From: Octopus bimaculoides
Taxonomy: Eukaryota
DNA: 64,000 bases
Assembly: GCF_001194135.2 (NCBI RefSeq)
Contig: NC_068988.1
Coordinates: 9,778,860 to 9,842,859, forward strand
Reading direction: 5' to 3'
Shown: positions 11,285-23,418 of the stretch, piece by piece
Layout of the letters: each line of letters opens with the position of its first letter
Numbering within the stretch: position 1 is the stretch's first letter
The notes under the pieces: model-generated
What the model was told of the DNA's origin: nothing
Database searches by the model: none
The model's input: only the letters and a program-made list of their open reading frames with translations
Program-made: the position numbers and the translations under genes

Positions 11285-11790
11285 TGTAGCCCTTGCAGGC
11301 TCTCCTCTGAAATACATCACATATCGAGTTAAATTCGATGACCGGCACCCATGCCAACATCGTCTCCTTCATTGGACATGAAACTCAGCTTGCAAAGACT
11401 TATTGGGGCAAGCGAAAGAGAAATCGGGATAGCACCTGTGCCCAGCGTCGCTTTTCTAGCACTTGTGCTAGTGGCATGTGTAAGGACTTTCGAGCGAGAT
11501 CGTTGCCAGTGCCCCTGGACTGGCTTTTGTGCGTGTGGCACATAAAATACACCATTTCAAGCGTGGTCGTTGCCAGTACCTCCTGACTGGCCTTCGTGCC
11601 GGTGGCACGTAAAAGCACCCACTACACTCTCGGAGCGGTTGGCGTTAGGAAGGGCATCCAGCTGTAGAAACTCTGCCAAATCAGATTGGAGCCTGGTGTA
11701 GCCATCTGATTTCACCAGTCCTCAGTCAAATCGTCCAACCCATGCTAGCATGGAAAGCGGACGTTAAACGACGATGATGATGATGATCCC
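11285..11790 (+). mobile_element. RTE 3'-end/UTR fragment (family C), representative copy
   Basis: ggttggcgttaggaagggcatccagctgtagaaac...cccatgctagcatggaaagcggacgttaaacga(GAT)n. More than 20 copies in the window, e.g. approx. 20340-20815, 22130-22295, 36555-36815, 39590-39930, 52330-52770 (+) and 35740-35995, 48202-48470, 56412-56850, 63645-63882 (-). Confidence 0.87.
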
Positions 11791-12696
11791 TGGCTTCAGT
11801 TGTTAAAATAATGTCTACCTCAACTCTCAGGAGTCTATCTATACTTATCCATTACTCTTCTTTGGTTTTAATCACGCACATACCATCCTATTCCTCTTCC
11901 TCCTCATCACTACCACCAGCATCATCTCTTTAAAAGAGAAGGTTTGTATTATAGAAATAGGAATGGTGTCCAGTGAGTTGGTATCTGTAATATAAGGAAC
12001 AAAGAGCAGTTCACTGACCTCTCAGTGTCGATTGTCCAGCTGGGTTAAATCCAAGACATGCCCTACCCGTCTGACCTATCACTAGAACCTATGGCTATTT
12101 CCCTTTCTTGCTCACATGTTCTACACACGTCTGTCCCCTCCCGCTTCCCAAGACCAAAGAAGCTCAGACATGTATGTCTTTTTGGCATCTTGTCTGTTTG
12201 ACTTCTTGGCTTCATCTTCTTGCTTTTCAACAAAAGTGCATTCAGCATCCTGTCCATGTACCATTTATTTATATCTAGGTGTAGGAATGGCTGTGTGATA
12301 AGAAGCTTGCTTCCCAACCACATGGTTCCAAGTTCACTCCCACTACATGGCACTTTGGACAAATGTCTTCTACTCTAGCCTCGGGCTGACCAAAGCTTTG
12401 TGAGTGGATTTGGTAGACGGAAACTGAAAGAAACCCGTTGTATATATATATATTTATGTATGGTGGCGAGCTGGCAGAATCATTAGCACACCGGGCGAAT
12501 TGCTTATTTTCGTCTGCCGTTATATATATTTATATATCAGCAGAAGTTACAGAGTGACTCAAGGACCGAAAGTTTCATCCATTGCCAATTTTATACATAT
12601 AATATTTATTTATTTGTGTATGCATATATGTTTTATGAGTTTTGATGTCTATTCATGCATGTATAATATTGTTTTAATATCATTCTTATCTTAAAG

Positions 12697-12795
12697 CAAG
12701 ATACAACTCCTGTGATGACAAAAATTTATTCAACCCTTGGCCGAAAGTTTAATAAGAAAGACCTAGATGAAGCCAGACAAATGGGAGCAGAATTG
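12697..12795 (+). CDS. MYO7A: Myosin VIIa exon 9
   Basis: aag|CAA...TTG|gtaaga; QDTTPVMTKIYSTLGRKFNKKDLDEARQMGAEL; weak AAG acceptor. Confidence 0.88.
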
Positions 12796-12909
12796 GTAAG
12801 ACAAAATACATTTATTTCAAACCATATTTTATTTAGAAGAAAGTTCATGTCATCTATGAAATACTGTTTAAAGTGCTCAAATATTTAACATTACATTGTC
12901 CTTTTTCAG

Positions 12910-13154
12910 GAAAACGAACCCATTATCTCAATGAAACAAGGTAAAAAAAGTATGCGTCGGAAACTGGTTTCACTCACTCTGAAACGAAAATCGAAACTCA
13001 CTGAAGAAGTTACTCGTAAAATGGAAATAAATGAAAAGTCTGTTGGTTTTGAAAGTGGAGGAGCAGGAAATGCTCTGTTAGATGATCGACCAACATCCAA
13101 TCTAGAGAAATTACATTTTATCATTGGTAACGGCATCTTACGACCTGAATTGCG
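12910..13154 (+). CDS. MYO7A: Myosin VIIa exon 10 (MyTH4-1)
   Basis: cag|GAA...CG|gtcagt; ...[19 protein letters not shown]...[23 protein letters not shown](R); ends phase 2. Confidence 0.96.
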
Positions 13155-13393
13155 GTCAGTACACTCATTCTTTTATTTACAGTTTTGTTGTTGTTGTGAC
13201 ATCCTTTTTTCTTTTATGTTCTTCTTGTGGAAGCATGACTGCTCTTGAACTTTAGCTGTCTACATTATGGCATTTTATTTTAACTACCCATTTTGGTTCA
13301 CCACATGATAGTTAGATCCATTTAGTTTTGCTTGGACCATTTGCATGTACATACGTTGATTCATTTGTTCATTTATTCATTCCTCTATTTCAG

Positions 13394-13511
13394 AGATGAG
13401 ATATACTGCCAAATGTGTAAACAATTATCACAGAACCCTTCAAAAAGCAGTCAGGCGAGGGGATGGATTTTACTGTCGCTATGTGTTGGCTGTTTTGCTC
13501 CATCAAATAAG
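13394..13511 (+). CDS. MYO7A: Myosin VIIa exon 11 (MyTH4-1)
   Basis: cag|A GAT...AAG|gtaaac; [39 protein letters not shown]. Confidence 0.96.
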
Positions 13512-14225
13512 GTAAACATTTTGTGTTACAACTTTTTCTGAATTTTTAAAATAAAAAAAAAAAAAAATTTTTTTTTTTTTAACAGTTTGGTCATTCAACT
13601 CACTGAATGACCTGTTAGTGTTACAGCGAAATACAGAACAATAGTGAAAGTGTCATAGCAAGTCAATGGGGAAGGACAAACAGAGAAAGGAGATACTGAC
13701 AATTTTGTGGGTATCAGCAATAGAGTTCCATGAACATAATTGCTGGACATGGCTTCTGGAGGTCATACTTAAAATGTGTGTTTTCCCTCTTTTTATGACA
13801 AACAGTGTCTCCCAAATACATGTGTTTATACATGTAACAATGATATTGTGGTCTTCTTGTAATCCACATTAATACATGTGTCAATGATAATGTTGATTTA
13901 TTGCAATTCACATAGATACATGTGGTGATGAAATTGCTGTCACTTTTTGTAATCTAGAAAAGAATGATTTCTTTCCATGGTTAACTCTCTTCCAAGATTT
14001 TCGTCTCCAATTATTTTCATCAACAACCAATAAATAACAAACAGCTAATTAAAAATTCAAATCAAGGACAATAAAATTTATTTTCCTTTAGAGTATAGAA
14101 TCACTTACATTCAGTTGAATATAATATTATTAATCACTTTTCAATGAAACATGCAACATTATTCAATAGCTAAAGAGATAGAGAAGATTTTATTTTTTAC
14201 ATAAATAAATGAACTTTTAATTAAC

Positions 14226-14375
14226 AGGCTCAGGAGTGGCTGTGTGGTAAGTAGCTTGCTTACCAACCACATGGTCCCGGGTTCAGTCCCACTGTGTGGC
14301 ACTTTGAGCAAGTGTCTTTTACTATAGACCAAAGCGTTGTGGGTGGATTTGGTGGACAGAAACAGAAAGAAATCT

Positions 14376-14416
<41 letters not shown>

Positions 14417-14645
14417 ATGTATGTATGTATGTATGTATGTATATGTTTCTGTTTGTCCTCCACCACCATCGCTTGACAACCGATGCTGGTGTGTTTACGG
14501 CGCCGTAACTTAGTGGTTCAGCAAAAGAGACTGATAGAATAAGTACTAGGCTTACAAAGAATAAGTCCTGGGATCAATTTGTTCGACTAAAGGCGGTGCT
14601 CCAGCATGGCTGCAGTCAAATGACTGAAACAAATAAAATAAAAGA
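14226..14645 (+). mobile_element. tRNA-derived CORE-like SINE family B, near full length
   Basis: A-box-like TGGCTGTGTGG, B-box-like GGTTCAGTCCC, CORE-like ctgtgtggcac(c)ttg(g)gcaagtgtct, internal (TA)n(TATG)n, 3' cagtcaaatgactgaaac + A-rich tail. Other copies at approx. 3058, 12278, 35508, 41921, 51315 (+) and 26385, 30820, 33645, 38400, 45005, 48840 (-). Confidence 0.87.
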
Positions 14646-15138
14646 AAAAAAGAATGGTCATATGCTAAATGATGGTTGTCATGTGATTGACCAGGCTATC
14701 TGATGTTGTTATACCTCGCTAATCACAATGCGCTTTGCATCGTTTTACTTTTCAAACAATGCTGCTCCACTGGATAGGCAAGCAGGCCAACAGGGTTTCC
14801 ATTTACAGCTGAGTGAACTGGAGCGGTGTGAAATAAAGTGTTTTGAGAATTGACCCTTTGACCTAATGATCAGGAGTGCCATACTCTGACCCCTAGGCTA
14901 CGTGATAGGTATACATGGCTGGAATCCTCAAATCCTGTCAATCAGCCTGGTTCCATTCTTAGTCTGCAATAAATTCTTGTAATGTCCTAACAGTATTTTA
15001 TAAAAAAAACTTTTACTTTCATTTACTAGATTTACTAATGAAATTAGCTTATTAGCATTTAATTATTTTCCTTCTTTACATGTTGCATAATTTCAAAATA
15101 ATTAATATGCTGTTTGATTATTTATTTTTGTTTTTCAG

Positions 15139-15158
15139 TTCATAAATTATTTGCGGTC
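15139..15158 (+). CDS. MYO7A: Myosin VIIa exon 12, only the first 20 nt visible before the gap
   Basis: tttttcag|TTC ATA AAT TAT TTG CGG TC = FINYLRS, matching expected FVKYLRNF; remainder lies in gap 15159-15696. Confidence 0.85.
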
Positions 15159-15999
15159 NNNNNNNNNNNNNNNNNNNNNNNNNNNNNNNNNNNNNNNNNN
15201 NNNNNNNNNNNNNNNNNNNNNNNNNNNNNNNNNNNNNNNNNNNNNNNNNNNNNNNNNNNNNNNNNNNNNNNNNNNNNNNNNNNNNNNNNNNNNNNNNNNN
15301 NNNNNNNNNNNNNNNNNNNNNNNNNNNNNNNNNNNNNNNNNNNNNNNNNNNNNNNNNNNNNNNNNNNNNNNNNNNNNNNNNNNNNNNNNNNNNNNNNNNN
15401 NNNNNNNNNNNNNNNNNNNNNNNNNNNNNNNNNNNNNNNNNNNNNNNNNNNNNNNNNNNNNNNNNNNNNNNNNNNNNNNNNNNNNNNNNNNNNNNNNNNN
15501 NNNNNNNNNNNNNNNNNNNNNNNNNNNNNNNNNNNNNNNNNNNNNNNNNNNNNNNNNNNNNNNNNNNNNNNNNNNNNNNNNNNNNNNNNNNNNNNNNNNN
15601 NNNNNNNNNNNNNNNNNNNNNNNNNNNNNNNNNNNNNNNNNNNNNNNNNNNNNNNNNNNNNNNNNNNNNNNNNNNNNNNNNNNNNNNNNNNNNNNNAAAG
15701 TCAGAAAGATGTAACTGAAAATGATATGAGTTGAGGTGTTCCTGTAATTTAATTAATTTTCTCATTAAGTTGAAGTTATAAATTAAATCCAAATTATTTC
15801 TATAAAATTTAAATAATTTCTCCTAAAAATCCCAGGAACCCTTGGCCCCTATTATATTTATAGATTGGACAGCAAAAGCTCTAATTTAAATAATTATATA
15901 TTTTTTTCTCATTAAGTTGAATTCAAAATTATTTCTATGGAATATAACTTCTGTTTTTCCTTTTCTTTTCATTTTTTTTTTTTTTGTGTGTCTTAATAG

Positions 16000-16173
16000 T
16001 CTACAAAATCCAAGAAACCTTTGTTGTTACCAATAACATTTATGGATGGAACATCAAAAACCCTGCTTGCAGACTCTGCCACCACTGCTCGAGAACTCTG
16101 TCAACAGTTGTCAGAAAAGGTTGACCTTCAAGATCAGTTTGGTTTCTCTCTCTACATTGCTTTGTATGATAAG
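16000..16173 (+). CDS. MYO7A: Myosin VIIa exon 13 (FERM-1 F1)
   Basis: tag|TCT...AAG|gtaagt; [34 protein letters not shown]...[12 protein letters not shown]. Confidence 0.97.
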
Positions 16174-16639
16174 GTAAGTTGGTTCTTAACGAGATTGCTT
16201 TCTGAAAAATATTTAATTTCCAGGTGCAAGTGTGGTTGTGCGATATGAAATTTACTTCCCAACCACAAGGTTTTGGGTTCAGTTCCATGGCGTGGCATCT
16301 TGGGCAATATGTGTTCTTCTATAGCTCCAGGTTGACCAAAGCCTTGTGAATGGATTCGCTAGATGGAATGTTACGTGTAAGTGGGCTGGCTATATCCCTG
16401 GATTTTGGTCTCACTTGGCTTGTTCCATGTTGACATATTTTGGTTAGTTTAATTGGATTGGATCCAATAGTCCCATGGACTGCATTATGCCCCAGTATCT
16501 GCTTTGGTATGGTTTCTATGGCTGGATGCCTTTCCTAATGCCAATCTCTTTACAATATGCATTGGGTGCTTTTTTTATGCCACCTGCAATAGTGAGGCCG
16601 TTGTGCAGTTTGCAGGACTACATACCCCAAGGAGGCAAC

Positions 16640-16950
16640 TTTATGCTACAGGAGCACTCTGTCGGTTACGACGACGACGAGGGTCCCAGCTGATCCGATC
16701 AACGGAACAGCCTGCTCGTGAAATTAACGTGCAAGTGGCTGAGCACTCCACAGACATGTGTACCCCTAACGTAGTTCTCAGGGAGACTCAGTGTGACAAG
16801 GCCGGCCCTTTGAAATACAGGTACTACTCATTTTTGCCAGCTGAGTGGACTGGAGCAATGTGAAATAAAGTGTCTTGCTCAAGGACACAACGCGTTGCCG
16901 GGAATTGAACTCACAACCTTATGATCGTGAGCCGAATGCCCTAACCACTA
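16640..16950 (-). mobile_element. tRNA-derived SINE family D' (different 5' body, same 3' half as D)
   Basis: Head ggcttagtggttagggcattcggctcacgatc...gagttcaattccc, body tgtgtccttgagcaagacactt; related copies at approx. 47040-47345 and 56180-56410 (+). Confidence 0.85.
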
Positions 16951-17102
16951 AGCCATATGCCTTCACTTTATGCTAGGAAATGAGGGATTAAAATATGGAA
17001 GAAGGGGCCAGAGCTGAACAGATTTCTTACTTTTATATGTATGTTGTAAGATGTATGAATTATTTCCCTTCATCCTCTTATTTTCTCTTCCCTTTCGTCC
17101 AG

Positions 17103-17330
17103 GTATCTTCTCTTGGAAGTGGAAGTGATCATGTCATGGATGCTATATCTCAATGTGAACAATATGCAAAAGAACAAGGAGCGCAAGAACGTAATGCACC
17201 TTGGAGACTGTTTTTCAGGAAAGAAATCTTTGCCCCTTGGCATGACCCGACAGAAGATGCAGTTGCAACCCATCTGATTTATCAGCAAGTTGTCCGTGGA
17301 ATCCAGTTTGGGGAGTACCGCTGTGAGAAA
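17103..17330 (+). CDS. MYO7A: Myosin VIIa exon 14 (FERM-1)
   Basis: cag|GTA...AAA|gtaagt; [41 protein letters not shown]...GEYRCEK. Confidence 0.97.
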
Positions 17331-18031
17331 GTAAGTGATACTTTATACTAGCCTCATCACAGTCCTGTTTTTCCAAAATACTCCAACTTGTTTCTGAACA
17401 TTATGTCCATCCTGTTCATATAAAGAAATATTAATATTTTCTGTACAAAAAACCATCGGTGTTTAATTGTTGTTGGCACTCCGTCGCTTACGACATCAAG
17501 GGTTCCAGTTGATCCGATCAACGGAACAGCCTGCTCGTGAAATTAACGTGCAAGTGACTGAGCACTCCACAGACACATGTACCCTTAACGTAGTTCTCGG
17601 GGATATTCAGCGTGACACAGTGTGACAAGGCTGACCCTTTGAATTACAAGCACAACAAAAACAGGAAGAAAGAGTGAGAGAAAGTTGTGGTGGAAGAGTA
17701 CAGTATCCCCTGCCGGAGCCTTGTGGAGCTTTAGGTATTTTCGCTCAATAAACACTCACAACGCCCGGTCTGGGAATCGAAACCGCGATCCTATGACCGC
17801 GAGTTCACTGCCCTAACCACTGGGCCAACCTACCTGTGATCACCTTTGAATCTATGATGCTAATTTTCTATTTTAAAGTGATCAAAATTAAAACTTTCCA
17901 TCACAATTTCATATTAATTTATGTTCCAATTTTTTCTGATTTTCGTTAGTGGACAGCATGCTTTCTGGAAGCTTTGTCACTCAATTTCACATACACTTTC
18001 TGTTGCATCTTCAATTTATGTTCTGGACAGT

Positions 18032-18329
18032 TTAACCCATTACCTACCAGTGATCTCATATGAGATCACTTAAAAATAAAAAAAATTCATAATTATCTGT
18101 CAATATTTACACATATCTAACCTTTTTGCTATATCTACGAGGTATATTTCTCTGATATTCAAATGAGGTTTGCTAATTTTTCACCCCATATCTCGCTTAT
18201 TTCTATTTAAAATGTCATTTTGAAATGTTATTTTGATCATTCCAGCGTGTTTCTAAGGCTGTTTTATGCTAGAAATCAGTTTCATAAAAAAATTCCAGTT
18301 AATAGAATCATGGGAGGTAAATGGGTTAA
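18032..18329. mobile_element. piggyBac-type MITE family G (approx. 298 bp)
   Basis: TTAA|CCCATTACCTACC...GGGAGGTAAATGGG|TTAA; near-identical copies at 32874-33172 and 62181-62476. Confidence 0.85.
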
Positions 18330-19109
18330 TAGTGACAGTTATTTTACTAATTACTTCATTTTCACCATTAATTAAGGTAGTGTACTTCAACAGAAGTATG
18401 GTAACAAAAGAGTTAAAGTGATCTGAATTAAAATCTTCCATCACAATTTCATGCTAATTTATGTCCCAAATACCAGATTAATGATGACAATAGCTTTGTC
18501 GTTATTTTAGTAATTTCTTGAGGGTGGCAAGCTGGTGGAATTGGTTGCATGCCGGGCGAAGTGCTTTAGTGGTATTTCATCTGTCTTTATGTTCTGAGTT
18601 CAAATTCCGCTGAGGTCGACTTTGCCTTTCATCCTTTCAGGGTCAATAAATTAAGTACTTTAACCACCACTGTCATTAATATTACTATCAGTATTAGTAT
18701 TATTTCTTTATTGCCCCACAAGGGGGCTAAACACAGAGGGGACAAACAAGGACAGACAAAGGGATTAAGTCAATTACATTGCATAACAGGTTATTCAATT
18801 GACCCCGAAAGGATGAAAGGCAAAATCGACCTCGGTGGAATTTGAACTCAGAACATAACGGCAGACGAAATACCACTAAGCATTTCGCCCGGAGTGCTAA
18901 CCATTCTGCCAGCTCATCACTTTTAGTATCATTACCACCACCACCACTATTACTACTACCACTATTTCTACCACCACCACCACCACTACTACAACTACCA
19001 CTACAACTACCACCACCACCACCACTACTACTACTACTTTGCTATTTTGAAGAATCTCATTAAATAATAAATTACTCACAGACTTATTATTCTTTGTCGA
19101 TTTCTTTAG

Positions 19110-19516
19110 GATGATGACTTAGCGATGATAGCAGCACAACAGTATTTTGTTGGCTACGGCACTGATCTCAACAACGAGCGCCTACAAACTCTCTTAAACA
19201 CTTACATTCCGGAGAATCGGCTCGCTAGCAAAGGTCTTCCAAACTGGATAAACCTCGTCCTAACTAAGCTAAAATCTTCCTATTTCAACACCCTGAAACC
19301 CATCAAAGTCAAAGAAGACATTGTCCGCTATGCCAAATACAGGTGGCCTCTCCTCTTTTCACGATTCTATGAAGCTTATAAATTTGCAGGACCAAGTCTA
19401 CCGAAAAACGATGTGATCATCGCTGTCAATTGGACTGGCGTATATATCGTTGATGACCAAGAACAAGTTCTTCTAGAACTTTCTTTCCCAGAAATTACTT
19501 CTGTTTCCAGTAGTCG
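19110..19516 (+). CDS. MYO7A: Myosin VIIa exon 15 (FERM-1 F2/F3), largest exon
   Basis: tag|GAT...CG|gtaagt; [14 protein letters not shown]...[34 protein letters not shown]...[13 protein letters not shown](R). Confidence 0.97.
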
Positions 19517-19794
19517 GTAAGTTCGCTGTTTCTTTTTTTCCTTTTAGTATCAGTTTTTTAATTTTTTTATTATTTTTTTTTTATGTCAAGAGCGTGATCG
19601 TTGCCAGAGCGGCTGCCTGGCTTCCGTGCTGGTGGCACGTAGATAGCACCATTTGAGCGTGATCGTTACCAGTGGCACGTGAAAAGACATTTGAGCAAGA
19701 TTGTGCCACTTGTCAATTTTATGATTGTAATTATAGTTTTCAGATTCTTTTAATGATATTTTGTTAATGTTGTGATTTCATATTTTACTTCTAG

Positions 19795-19967
19795 TACTCG
19801 GAAACTTCATGGACAGAGTTTTACTTTGGCAACCATTAAAGGAGAAGAGTATACATTTACATCTCCAAACTCAGAGGATATCAAAGACTTAATTGTTACA
19901 TTCCTGGAAGGCTTGAGAAAACGGTCACGCTTTGTCATTGCCATTCATGACTACAGCCCTCCCCCTG
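19795..19967 (+). CDS. MYO7A: Myosin VIIa exon 16 (FERM-1 end, SH3 start)
   Basis: tag|T ACT...CCT G|gtgagt; [57 protein letters not shown]. Confidence 0.96.
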
Positions 19968-20960
19968 GTGAGTAACAGGTTACCAATGTCAAATAATTCT
20001 TTTATTCCTGCTTGTTACATTCACAGTATCGGTGTATTGATCCTACTATCAGATGTTGTTATACCACGCTGGTCACAATGGGCTTCCAATTTTCTCTTCA
20101 TTGCACCATGCTTTTCCATTCAGGTCCAAATTGTTTTACTAATTCATCTTCCTATCATCTTGGAAGCCTTCTAAGTGGCCTTTTTTGATTTCTTAGGTAC
20201 CACTTGGTAGCTGCACAGGCCCACCTGTTATCTGTGAACCCCTTGGAACTTGTGCAGCTCCAGGCAACTTGTCCTGCAGTCACTCCTCTCCATCTTTGAG
20301 TCACCTCATTAAACAGTCAAATAGCAACATTATACAAATGTAAAAGTGACCAGTGACCGAGAGCTTTGGCAATATGCTGTGCTTGAGAAGAAGACCCATC
20401 AAGCCAAGTGAAATTGTAGTCATGGTTGATGCTGGTGTCACAAGTGGCCCCTGTGCTGGTGGCACATAAAAAGCACCTTTCGAGCATTGGGCCTCACGGA
20501 GTCAAAGTGGCTGATGCCAGTGGCAAGGGAAAAATCTCCTTTCAAGTGTTGGGCCTCACAGAGGCAATGACCAAGACCTTTGGCATTATGTCATGCTTGA
20601 GAAGAGTCATCAAGCCAAACAAAATTGCAGCTGTGGCAGATATTGGTGTCATGCAAATGGCACTCTTGGAGTGGTTGGCATTAGGAAGGGCATCCAGCCA
20701 TAGAAAACCATGCCAAATCAGACTGGGGTCTGGTGTTAGCCTTCCAACTTACCAGCCCTGGTCAAATTGTCCAACCCATGCCAACATGGACAACGGATAT
20801 TAAATGATGATGATGAATTGTCTGACTAATAATGATTATAACCTAGACAACTCATTGCTACATTGAGAACAAACTGTAGCAGGTTTTTTTAGTACAGTGT
20901 ATTATACCATTGAGTTTGTATGGGGTGCTTGGTTGTTGCTCAAGTGCACCATAGCCTTTA

Positions 20961-21570
20961 GCAGTGGTTCTTAACTGGGGATCCATTTGGCCCTTGAGGG
21001 TCCACATAAGATTTTGTTAAAATTTATATCCAATAAACAAGTTATACTTCTAGAATACACAAATTATTTTTGACAATCTTTTATACAATTTCTAATAATA
21101 TTTAGTGGAGGCGCAATGGCCCAGTGGTTAGGGCAACGGACTCGCGGTCATAGGATCGCGGTTTCGATTCCCAGACCGGGCGTCGTTAGTGTTTATTGAG
21201 CGAAAACACCTAAAGCTCCACGAGGTTCCGGTTGTGGCGAACCCTGCTGTACTCTTTCACCACAACTTTCTCTCACTCTTACTTCCTGTTTCTGTTGTGC
21301 ATGTAATTCAAAGGGTCAGCCTTGTCACACTCGGTGTCACGCTGAATATACCCGAGAACTACGTTAAGGGTACACGTATCTGTGGAGTGCTCAGCCACGT
21401 GCACGTTAATTTCACGAGCAGGCTGTTCCGTTGATCGGATCAACTGGAACCCTTGACGTCGTAAGCAACGGTGTGCCAACAACAACAACAATAATATTTA
21501 ATTATAAAAATATAACAGGATTTCAAAACCATCAAATAGCTAGGCGGGTCCACCTGAGCAAAACAGGAAT
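20961..21570. mobile_element. hAT/Charlie-like MITE remnant split by the SINE-D insertion
   Basis: Starts CAGTGGTTCTTAAC...ggggtccac; AT-rich sequence continues after the TSD to gggtccac; right TIR not clearly preserved. Confidence 0.5.
21105..21489 (+). mobile_element. tRNA-derived SINE family D, full length with 11-bp TSD
   Basis: Head gtggaggcgcaatggcccagtggttagggc...ggtttcgattccc; (ACA)n tail; AATAATATTTA at 21094-21104 and 21490-21500. Close copies at approx. 17467-17827 (-) and 57321-57703 (-). Confidence 0.92.
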
Positions 21571-21714
21571 CAAAGAGGTCCAACAGAATGAGTGAGGCCC
21601 CATTAAAAGCATTTGAGTTTAGTGTTGCCAACTCTCTTGGCAACTCATGCACCTTAGTTGTCTCCCTTAGACACACCATTTCTAAACTGATGTTTTATGG
21701 ATAATTTCTTTCAG

Positions 21715-21902
21715 GTGACAGTAGTTCCTTCCTGTCATTCCAAAAAGGAGATCTTATAAATTTGGACCAACAGACTGGTGAACAAGTGCTTAATTCTGGC
21801 TGGTCATATGGTCAGTGTCAGAGAACTAAACGTTCTGGAGATTTCCCAGCAGAATGTGTCTATGTTCTTCCTACAATTACCAAACCATCAGATGAAATTG
21901 TT
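21715..21902 (+). CDS. MYO7A: Myosin VIIa exon 17 (SH3)
   Basis: cag|GT GAC...GTT|gtaagt; [32 protein letters not shown]...[22 protein letters not shown]. Confidence 0.96.
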
Positions 21903-22357
21903 GTAAGTCAATCATTCTATATTTAAAATTTCTTTCTTTATTTTTTTATATTTTGGCTCTCATAGAAATGTAAAACTGATCGTTCTTTCGTGATAAAATA
22001 TTTCTGAGACTAAAGAAGAAATGTATACAGCGTAAAAAACTTCCAGATTTTGTCAAGGAACATTCACAAACTAATGGCATTTCAAATGGTTGATAATAAA
22101 CGATTATCTTTTTAATCTCTTGATACTACACTCTCAGAGTAGTTGGCGTTAGGAAGGGCATCCAGCTGTAGAAACTCTGCCAAATCAGATTGGAGCCTGG
22201 TGTCGCCTCCTGGTCCACCAGTCCTCAGTCAAATCGTCCAACCCATGCTAGCATGGAAAGCGGACGTTAAACGATGATGATGATGATGATGATGATTATA
22301 TTCAAAAAGCCTATAATACATAATGTAATACCATGATCTATAGAACATCTATCGGGT

Positions 22358-22416
<59 letters not shown>

Positions 22417-23418
22417 TGTGTATGTATATATATAGAAGAGTTAAGGAATGGAGGAGATAAGATCCGGGCTACATGTTTCATAGCAAGTAGAACCTCAGAA
22501 GTGGTAAATATCCAAGTGAGGTGTAAATGTACAGTGTATGTTGGTTTGAATTTGAGAGGAGGGGCTAAGTCAATTGCATTGACCTCCAGTACTCAACTTG
22601 TGCTTATTTCATCAATCCTGAGAGGAGGAAAAGCAAAGCCGACCTCAGCAGAATTTGAACTCAGAACAGAAAGATGGATGAAATGCTGCTAAGCATTTTT
22701 GCCCACCTTGCTAACAATCCTGCCAGCTCTCTGCCTTGAAATGTGCAATATATATTAACAGCATAAGTTGTTGATGGTGTGGGTGTGTTTACATCCGCAT
22801 AACTTACCAGTTCAGCAAAAGAGATAGAATAAGTACTAGGCTTGAAAAAAAAAGTCCTGGAGTTGATTTTGACTAAAATCCTTCAAGGCAATGCCCCAGC
22901 ATGGTCGCAGTCCAATGACTGTTGTGTCTGGGGAGGGTCATTCCATTTTTGTGCCTTATTATTTAACACACTCACTGGTTCAGTTTCTACTCATTTACTT
23001 CTTTATTTTTTCTAAAATTTTCATTGTGTCTTGTTGTTGACTCTATCTGTTCTCCAAGCTGCATTCATTTTATAATTAATATATTTGTATAATAAATAGT
23101 TGATATATTTCATAATAAATATATCAACGAGACGTTATATTGATTATATTCCTTTCAGTGTATTGTCCAAATAATGACTAATTAATCTCCAAATCTTTTG
23201 TTCCATACATTGAAGGCTTTTCACAATTCTGCTTGTTAGCTCTTGTACTTAAAAACCTCTTAATTAGGCAACTTCTTAAATTCTCTTTGAGACTTTCCTT
23301 TGATAAACACATTGTAGTTATTTCTCTTATATTTGTCCCATTAAGTTTTGGTTTTGCATCTGTTTGGCTGCAAATACTTCACGAGTGATCAGCTGTTTTT
23401 ATTTCTGTCTTGTCGCAG

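Noticed and set aside
21105-21180. tRNA genes in SINE heads (also approx. 14230, 16880-16950, 32000)
   Set aside because: A/B-box-like motifs only; no complete cloverleaf or acceptor stem, and each continues into SINE bodies present in many copies.
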